32,000 bases of DNA from Candidatus Saccharimonadota bacterium. Its GTDB lineage: Bacteria; Pseudomonadota; Alphaproteobacteria; CAJXXZ01; 1604HC. The stretch is taken from assembly GCF_008189285.1 (NCBI RefSeq), contig NZ_CP043315.1:1-32000 (forward strand). Reading direction: 5' to 3'. Position 1 is the stretch's first letter, and every line of letters begins with the position of its first letter. Position numbers and translations under genes: made by a program. The notes under the pieces are model-generated. The model was not told the origin of the DNA. It did not search any database and saw only the letters and a list, made by a program, of their open reading frames with translations. Shown piece by piece: positions 25,779 to 32,000 of the stretch.

Positions 25779-26450
25779 ATGGATCACAAACTTGGACATA
25801 GAAAAAGATTAAGAGAAAGATTTTTAGAATCTGATCATTCTAAATTCTCTGATTATGAGTTAATCGAGCTGTTGCTTCAAATGGCCCAGCCTAGAAAAGA
25901 TGTAAAGCCATTGGCTAAGGATCTGATGGCCAGCTTTAAAAGTTTTAGCGCTGTTATTAGTGCTAGCGTAGATAAGTTGAGGCAAATAAAAGGAATGGGT
26001 CAAACATCTACAACTATGTTTAAGATTGTACATGAGTCATTATGCAGATTATTACGAGAAGATTTATGTGATAACCCCATTTTAAATACTGGAGATAAAG
26101 TGATGGATTATTGTAAATCTAGAATGGCATATCTTGATAAAGAGCAGTTTAGAGTTTTGTTTCTTAATAAGAAGAATGTTTTGATTTTAGATGAAGTTCA
26201 GCAAAAAGGGACTATCGATCATGCTCCAATTTATCCTAGAGAAGTTATACAAAGATCGTTAGAATTAGGGGCGTCAGCTATAATATTGGTGCATAATCAC
26301 CCAAGTGGAAATCCATCTCCATCAAATGCAGACATAACTGTTACATATCAATTGAGAGATATTGCAAATATGATGGAAATATCCCTTCATGATCATTTGA
26401 TTATTAGCAAGGGAGGTTGTTTTTCTATGAAAGAGAACAATATAATATAA
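25779..26450 (+). CDS. radC: RadC-family JAMM/MPN+ protein (UPF0758)
   Basis: N-terminal GHRKRLRERF, an HhH-like middle, and the JAMM motif HNHPSGNPSPSNADI. Confidence 0.9.
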   Translation: MDHKLGHRKRLRERFLESDHSKFSDYELIELLLQMAQPRKDVKPLAKDLMASFKSFSAVISASVDKLRQIKGMGQTSTTMFKIVHESLCRLLREDLCDNPILNTGDKVMDYCKSRMAYLDKEQFRVLFLNKKNVLILDEVQQKGTIDHAPIYPREVIQRSLELGASAIILVHNHPSGNPSPSNADITVTYQLRDIANMMEISLHDHLIISKGGCFSMKENNII

Positions 26451-26616
26451 GAATTGATGAGAATAAATTATGCTTGTTTGATGTTTATAATATTTTAGAA
26501 GCAATTTAATGATGTTTTTATGGTATTTTGGAAAATAATTTAATAATTAAATTAACAATTAGATTAATTAACGATTAAATTAATAAAGAAAATTTTATTT
26601 TACTAGAAAGGGATTA

Positions 26617-27351
26617 ATGTTTAGATATAAATTTACCATTGAATATGACGGAGCAGCTGCAAATGCAGGTTGGCAAGTTCAGCCTGGAAAAATATCTATA
26701 CAATCTTTATTGTCTGATGCTGCATTTGAATTATCTAAAAGTAAGATTTTATTTTATGGATCCGGAAGAACTGATAGAGGAGTTCATGCTTTAGGTCAGG
26801 TTGCTCATGCAGATTTTTTTAAAAGTTATCCGCTATTTTCTCTTAAACAAGGTATGAATTTTTATTTGACAGGAAAAAAAGTTGCAATTAAAGAAGTTGA
26901 ATTAGTTTCTCAAGATTTTCATGCTAGATTTTCTGCAAAAATAAAAACATACAGATATGATATTTGTATGCAAGATTATCCAAATGTAATTAATTTGAAA
27001 AATTGGAGAATTAGCAGAAATTTGGATATCAAAAAAATGGAAGAGGAGTCTAAGTTTTTATTAGGCGTTCATGATTTTGCAAGTTTTAGAAGTAGTCATT
27101 GTCAAGCTGCAACATCAATCAGAAGCATAGATGAGATTAATTTCATTATTAGAGGAAATATCTTGAGTGTATATTTTGTTGGGAAGTCATTTTTGCATAA
27201 TCAAATCAGGGCAATGATCGGAACTTTGGTTGATATTGGGATGGGTAGGCAAATTAATATAAAAAGTATTATGCAGAGCAAAGATAGAAAAAAAGCTGGG
27301 CAAACAGCTCCTCCAGGAGGTTTGTTTCTTGAGAAGATTGATTTTGATTAA
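26617..27351 (+). CDS. truA: tRNA pseudouridine(38-40) synthase
   Basis: Catalytic-Asp motif GSGRTDRGVHALGQVAH. N-terminal Y.F.IEYDG. SFLHNQIRAMIG. Confidence 0.95.
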   Translation: MFRYKFTIEYDGAAANAGWQVQPGKISIQSLLSDAAFELSKSKILFYGSGRTDRGVHALGQVAHADFFKSYPLFSLKQGMNFYLTGKKVAIKEVELVSQDFHARFSAKIKTYRYDICMQDYPNVINLKNWRISRNLDIKKMEEESKFLLGVHDFASFRSSHCQAATSIRSIDEINFIIRGNILSVYFVGKSFLHNQIRAMIGTLVDIGMGRQINIKSIMQSKDRKKAGQTAPPGGLFLEKIDFD

Positions 27352-27737
27352 TAGTTTTGATTTTGACTCATAAATTAATGGTAAATATTCATGGCAAATT
27401 ATAAATAATAATAAAATAAATTGATTGCAGAGTCTAAATAATAAATTCAGCGCAATAAATTGAATAATAATGAGATTTGTAGATAGCGTATAAGAAATTA
27501 AATTATACACTAGATCGTGATTTTAATGCTGCAAGTAAATTTGCTTTTAAGATTTAGAATGAAATGAAAAGAGAGATTTTTAATTGCATATCTCGAGAGC
27601 TTATTCTTTAATTGTATATTTTCTCATAGAAAAATCTTAATTCCATTGTTTTATTAAAATTGTATTGCCTGATAATAGTTAAATTCTATTTTATACAAGC
27701 TTAACATGATGTTTTTATGCATAATTATGCTAGAAGG

Positions 27738-28568
27738 CTATCTCTTCAAGTGATGAGATAAGTGCTCCATATGTCCAGGAAGAGGCGCTTGTATTGTAAA
27801 TCTTTTTCCATTAAGTACAAAATATACTTCTCTGCAATGCAAATGCATCCTTGTCTGTTCTTCAGATCCATACATTCTATCGCCAACTATAGGTAGTCCC
27901 ATATCAGAAACATGCCTCCTGATTTGATGTTTTTTGCCTGTTTTAGGGAAGAATTTTACAATTTCATATGGATATGTATCAATATGAATTTTACCAACTG
28001 ATAAATATCCTGTAATTAGAGATTTTCCATCTTCAACAGTATTGATTGATCCGCTTCCTAAATTACTCCATGGAAGAAGAGATATATATGTCTTCTTCCA
28101 GTTTTTAATGGACTCAGATAATAACATGGCTGTATTTCTGTTTAATGCAAAAATCAATACTCCTGTCGTGAATTTGTCTATTCTATGGACTGGATAAGCT
28201 TTTTTGCCTTTTTTATGAGCGTATTGATTCACCTGCAAGAATGCAGAGTCATCTATATCTCCTTGACTGCACATATTGTATGGCTTATTTATAGCTAATA
28301 TATCTTCATCTTCATATAATATTATAGAGCTATTTAATTCTTTTGTATAAATATCACTGTAGGCATTTTCTACTTTTGGTATTTTGTCCCATACATGTAT
28401 TATGTCGTTTGATGACAATATATGCTGTGGGCTTACTTTTTTACCATTTAACGTGATGTCTTTCACCCTTAAATATTTTTGCAATTCGTTATAGGTAAGA
28501 TTAATATAATGTTCCCTAAACCATTGCCTAATAGATAATCCGTTTTCTGCTTTGTATTTAATTTTCAT
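27738..28568 (-). CDS. RluA-family (RluC/RluD-like) 23S rRNA pseudouridine synthase
   Basis: N-terminal S4-like domain, catalytic motif HRIDKFTTGVLIFA, and KKHQIRRH. Confidence 0.9.
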   Translation of the reverse strand: MKIKYKAENGLSIRQWFREHYINLTYNELQKYLRVKDITLNGKKVSPQHILSSNDIIHVWDKIPKVENAYSDIYTKELNSSIILYEDEDILAINKPYNMCSQGDIDDSAFLQVNQYAHKKGKKAYPVHRIDKFTTGVLIFALNRNTAMLLSESIKNWKKTYISLLPWSNLGSGSINTVEDGKSLITGYLSVGKIHIDTYPYEIVKFFPKTGKKHQIRRHVSDMGLPIVGDRMYGSEEQTRMHLHCREVYFVLNGKRFTIQAPLPGHMEHLSHHLKR

Positions 28569-28605
28569 AATTTACTATTTTCATTGATTATAATAACATA
28601 TATTT

Positions 28606-29184
28606 GTGCAATTTGTTGTTTTATTAAGTCTTATGCTGTATGGATGTGTGCAAAAATGGGAAGATGCTCCTAGAAGAAGTAGTGGAAGAGATATATTTTC
28701 TGTTAAACGTAGAAGTGGATCGCATTATACTGTTAAGAATAGCCAAGGTTCTTTTAAAGTAAAAAGGCAAGGTCATTACAATTTAGATGAGTATGGAATA
28801 GCGTCATATTATGGAGGAAAATTTCATAATCGTAAAACTGCTATTGGAGTTGTATATAATCAATGGGATATGACATCTGCTCATCCAACCATTCCTCTTC
28901 CTGCTGTTTTGAAAGTTTCTCGCACGGATACAGGAAAGTCTATTTATGTTCTTGCAATAGATAGAGGTCCATTTGTGAAGAAAGGCCCAAGAAGAGTTAT
29001 AGATTTATCAAGAGGGGCGGCAAAAGCTTTAGGGATGGAAAGACAAGGAGTGGCACATGTTAGAGTGCAATGCCTTGCTATGGAAAGCGAAAGGTTAAGG
29101 AAAAATTGGCCAACACATAAGAGAAATGGAAAAATACCATATAATCTAGCATGCAAATATACTAAAAGTAGAAACCATTGGTAA
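28606..29184 (+). CDS. rlpA: Septal ring lytic transglycosylase RlpA-family lipoprotein (DPBB domain)
   Basis: Lipobox LMLYGC. DPBB signature GIASYYGGKFHNRKTA...MTSAHPTIPLPAVLKVSR...YVLAIDRGPF. GTG start. Confidence 0.85.
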   Translation: MQFVVLLSLMLYGCVQKWEDAPRRSSGRDIFSVKRRSGSHYTVKNSQGSFKVKRQGHYNLDEYGIASYYGGKFHNRKTAIGVVYNQWDMTSAHPTIPLPAVLKVSRTDTGKSIYVLAIDRGPFVKKGPRRVIDLSRGAAKALGMERQGVAHVRVQCLAMESERLRKNWPTHKRNGKIPYNLACKYTKSRNHW

Positions 29185-29244
29185 AAAATTAAAAGTAGAA
29201 ACCATTGGTAAAAAATTAAAAGTAGAAATCATTACAAGAAAATC
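29164..29244. repeat. 27-bp tandem repeat x3 spanning the rlpA stop codon
   Basis: aaaagtagaaaccattggtaaaaaatt occurs at 29164-29190 and, identically, at 29191-29217. A degenerate third copy is at 29218-29244. Copy 1 carries the last six codons plus the stop (KSRNHW*). Confidence 0.92.
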
Positions 29245-29465
29245 ATAAATCATATAAAGCATTAATATTTCTATAAAATTTGATATTATGAATATGAATT
29301 TTTATTTAAATTAATCAATCTTTATATAATTTTATAATTTGACACTTAATCAATGGAGCTCATCTTTTATTAAATAATTTATATCTCTTACTTGATAATT
29401 TAATTGATTTCTTGCTTACTATTCAATAATTTTGATTTTTCTAGGCCAGTGTTATATATTAAGTT

Positions 29466-30044
29466 GTGTTTATAGTATTCGAAGGTATTGATGGAGTTGG
29501 GAAAAGTTCTCACATTAGAGGTGTCGCTAACTTTCTAGCTGAAATGGGAGTGCAGCATACTTGTACTAGTGAGTTTGGAAATTTACAAATAGGAAAAAAT
29601 ATTAGATATATATTGATGAATTATGATTTAACAGGAAGAGAAGAGTTGTTTTTAATTAATGCTATAAGATCTTATCATTCCAGAGAGGTTTTGGCTCCTT
29701 CTATAAAAGCTGATCAATGGATTTTAATGGATCGATTTATAGATTCTACTTGGGCTTATCAACACGGAGGAAAGCAAATTCCAAAAGAGGTTGTGCAGGA
29801 AATTACAAACTTGATCGATGTGCCTAAGCCTGATTTGGTCGTACTTCTTGATGGAGATAGTCATAGAAATATTGCTAGAGATAAGTTTGACAATGCTGGA
29901 TCTGAGTTTTTTGATAGAGTTAAAGAGTCTTATGAAGAGCGTTTTGATTCTAGAAATTGGTTAAGATACAATACTAATCTGGGGTACAAGCCCGTTCAAG
30001 AGATGATTAGAAAAGATTTAAGAAAGAGAATTTTTCAAAGTTGA
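29466..30044 (+). CDS. tmk: Thymidylate kinase
   Basis: P-loop FIVFEGIDGVGKSS, DRFIDSTWAYQ and a LID region. GTG start. Confidence 0.95.
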   Translation: MFIVFEGIDGVGKSSHIRGVANFLAEMGVQHTCTSEFGNLQIGKNIRYILMNYDLTGREELFLINAIRSYHSREVLAPSIKADQWILMDRFIDSTWAYQHGGKQIPKEVVQEITNLIDVPKPDLVVLLDGDSHRNIARDKFDNAGSEFFDRVKESYEERFDSRNWLRYNTNLGYKPVQEMIRKDLRKRIFQS

Positions 30045-30691
30045 TCAATAAAAAAAAATTAAAAGATAGACTGCAAAGTTTTCTTGATTCATCTGGATTG
30101 CCTGCATTTGTTTATGGATCTGAGGTGGGTTTTATTAATGAAGTATGCAAGGAATTATTTGATGAATTTAATATTGCAGAGAAAATACAGCTTGATTTAT
30201 CTTCAATAAGTGAAGTGAGGGATTTAATTGGTTTTTTGAATGCTACTCCAATATATGGCAAGCAGAAATTAGTGTTGCTGAATGACGCTCAAAAATGGAG
30301 CAATGGTGTTAAATCTGCTTTGTTGAAAAGCTTAGAAGAGCATCCAAGTTATAACAAAATTATTATTACTTCTTCTTCAATATTGGATTTAACTATAATG
30401 TCTAGATGTTATAAAATTCATATTTCTTCTGATTTATTGAGCAAAACTTGCAACATTGATGAGGTAAGCAGAATAGAAGATCCAAATGTTTTGTTTGCAT
30501 GCATGAAGGATTATTTGGAAAAAATAATTCTATGTAATAATTTTAATTTACTTGCTTATGCAGAAGATTTATGGGATAAGGTGAATGAAACTTATAGTTG
30601 GTTTAGAAAAGGAGAAATATCATCGCAAAATTGTATTCAGATTATGTCAAATCTGATTCTAGATCATTTGAATCAGATAAACAGTTTATAA
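30041..30691 (+). CDS. holB: DNA polymerase III delta-prime subunit, short form
   Basis: KLVLLNDAQKWSNGVKSALLKSLEEHP...IIITSSS...TIMSRC matches the clamp-loader box pattern (..NALLK.LEEP...TI.SRC). It has the conserved position directly after tmk, with a TTGA overlap. No intact P-loop is visible. Confidence 0.7.
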   Translation: MINKKKLKDRLQSFLDSSGLPAFVYGSEVGFINEVCKELFDEFNIAEKIQLDLSSISEVRDLIGFLNATPIYGKQKLVLLNDAQKWSNGVKSALLKSLEEHPSYNKIIITSSSILDLTIMSRCYKIHISSDLLSKTCNIDEVSRIEDPNVLFACMKDYLEKIILCNNFNLLAYAEDLWDKVNETYSWFRKGEISSQNCIQIMSNLILDHLNQINSL

Positions 30692-32000
30692 CTGCGCCAA
30701 TATATTATGTGAATGGATCCCCGCATTTGGGTCATTTGTATACCTCAGTGGCAGTTGATATATTACATAGGTTTGCTTTGCTTTTTGGCGAATCATTTTT
30801 TTCCATTGGAACAGATGAGCATGGGCAAAAAGTTGAGCAATCTGCTCAGAGAAATAAGTGTGAAACGCAAGATTATGTAGATAGCATGTATATTGAATTT
30901 TACAAATTGATGAATGCAGCGAATATAAAATATGATGCTTTTGTGAGAACAAGCTCTAAGAAGCATAAAGATAATGTTTTAAATTTTTGGGATAAATTGT
31001 GTAAAAAAGGGGATGTATACGAAGGCGCTTATTCTGGCTGGTATTCTACTCGTGATGAGCAATTTTATTCTGAAGATGAAGTATCAGATGGCGCAAATGG
31101 AAAAATTGCAAAAATATCTAACAGTCCAGTTGAATGGCTGGAAGAAAAATGCATGTTTTTTAAACTCTCTAAATATCAAAATATTTTATTAGATTATTAC
31201 AAGAAAAATAAAGATATTATAAAACCAAGTTCAAGATACAATGAAACTATAGGAATGCTTGAAGCTGGAATTCCAGATTTAGCAGTAACTAGATCAAGAT
31301 TTTCATGGGGAGTTAGTTGCGGAGAAGGGCAAGTGATTTATGTATGGGTCGATGCTTTATCTAACTACATTACTGCAATGGAAAATAATGTAGACTATTG
31401 GATCAATGATATGATTCATATTATAGGTAAAGATATATTGAAATTTCATGCAATATATTGGCCAGCACTGCTTTTATCAGCAGATTACGCCCTTCCTAAA
31501 AGAATATATGCTCATGGATGGTGGACTGTTAACAAAGAAAAAATGTCTAAATCTCTTGGAAATGTGATTGATCCATTTGAAATTTTAAATAAATATGGAA
31601 TTGATCAGTTGCGATACTGCATTATGAAAGAGATGAGCTTTGGTCAAGATGGAGATTTTGATCACGAAAGAATAAAAAATAGAATAAACACTGAACTAGC
31701 TAATGTAATTGGAAATTTGACTCAGAGAATACTTAGCTTTGTTTGGAAAGAATATGAAGAGACTTTAGAAATCAATAGCATAGATGAAAATGACTATGAG
31801 CTTCTAAAGTGTTGGGATGAATGCTTGGAAAATTCTTATTCAGCAATGAAAGAGCAACAAATTCATGTATATTTAGAAGAAGTTAGAAAAGCTGCTGCAA
31901 AAACAAATCAATACGTAGATGGTGCAGCTCCATGGAAGTGTGATGATGCTAACAAAAGGAGAATTTTATCTGTTGGAATCGAATGCATTAAAAGAATGGC
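30631..32000 (+). CDS. metG: Methionine--tRNA ligase (3' end outside window)
   Basis: Frame 1 is open from 30607 to the window edge. It encodes ITAPIYYVNGSPHLGHLYT (HIGH) and EKMSKSLGNVIDP (KMSKS). It is absent from the ORF track because it has no stop within the window. The start codon is uncertain: TTG 30631 is the only canonical start upstream of the HIGH region. Confidence 0.93.
   Translation, partial: MYSDYVKSDSRSFESDKQFITAPIYYVNGSPHLGHLYTSVAVDILHRFALLFGESFFSIGTDEHGQKVEQSAQRNKCETQDYVDSMYIEFYKLMNAANIKYDAFVRTSSKKHKDNVLNFWDKLCKKGDVYEGAYSGWYSTRDEQFYSEDEVSDGANGKIAKISNSPVEWLEEKCMFFKLSKYQNILLDYYKKNKDIIKPSSRYNETIGMLEAGIPDLAVTRSRFSWGVSCGEGQVIYVWVDALSNYITAMENNVDYWINDMIHIIGKDILKFHAIYWPALLLSADYALPKRIYAHGWWTVNKEKMSKSLGNVIDPFEILNKYGIDQLRYCIMKEMSFGQDGDFDHERIKNRINTELANVIGNLTQRILSFVWKEYEETLEINSIDENDYELLKCWDECLENSYSAMKEQQIHVYLEEVRKAAAKTNQYVDGAAPWKCDDANKRRILSVGIECIKRM

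Noticed and set aside
27187-27510. 107-aa minus-strand ORF in the truA-rluC convergent spacer
   Set aside because: Half of it overlaps the truA 3' end in antisense. Its translation is low-complexity (I/L/F/N-rich), and it has no signal or motif. The spacer itself (27352-27737) showed no clear repeat or structure.

Overview
This window is very AT-rich and gene-dense. It looks like a reduced-genome, host-associated alphaproteobacterium (Rickettsiales/Holosporales-like). That lineage call is an inference from three things: an alpha-type long L36, a DUF2497/PopZ-like gene coupled to valS, and K/N/I-rich proteins. It uses the standard genetic code. I saw no rRNA, CRISPR array, transposase or integrase.

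Most of the window is housekeeping: valS, rpmJ, mutS, nth, dapB, uppP, ppx/gppA, tRNA-Val(GAC), tRNA-Lys(CUU), pepA, map, radC, truA, an RluA-family synthase, rlpA, tmk, holB and the 5' part of metG.

Three things stand out.

1. Parts of one type IV filament (T4P/T2SS-like) machine are dispersed across 18 kb. They are a GspE/PilB ATPase plus GspF/PilC platform (1-2598), a lipoprotein secretin with an N-terminal TPR module where N0/N1 domains would normally be (12834-14534), and a prepilin/pseudopilin (17933-18487). A Sec-signal leucine-rich-repeat protein (14834-16516) lies tail-to-tail with the secretin and is a candidate secreted effector.

2. Tandem duplications are repeatedly anchored on the stop codon and 3' tail of genes (pilC-like, nth, the LRR gene, rlpA). 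Other short tandem repeats sit in the spacers.

3. A 1.2 kb ORF-free spacer (6761-7969) upstream of mutS contains a 137-bp dispersed direct repeat, and each copy has an internal 41-bp sub-repeat.

All calls come from reading motifs in the translated ORFs and the raw sequence. No database search was run.
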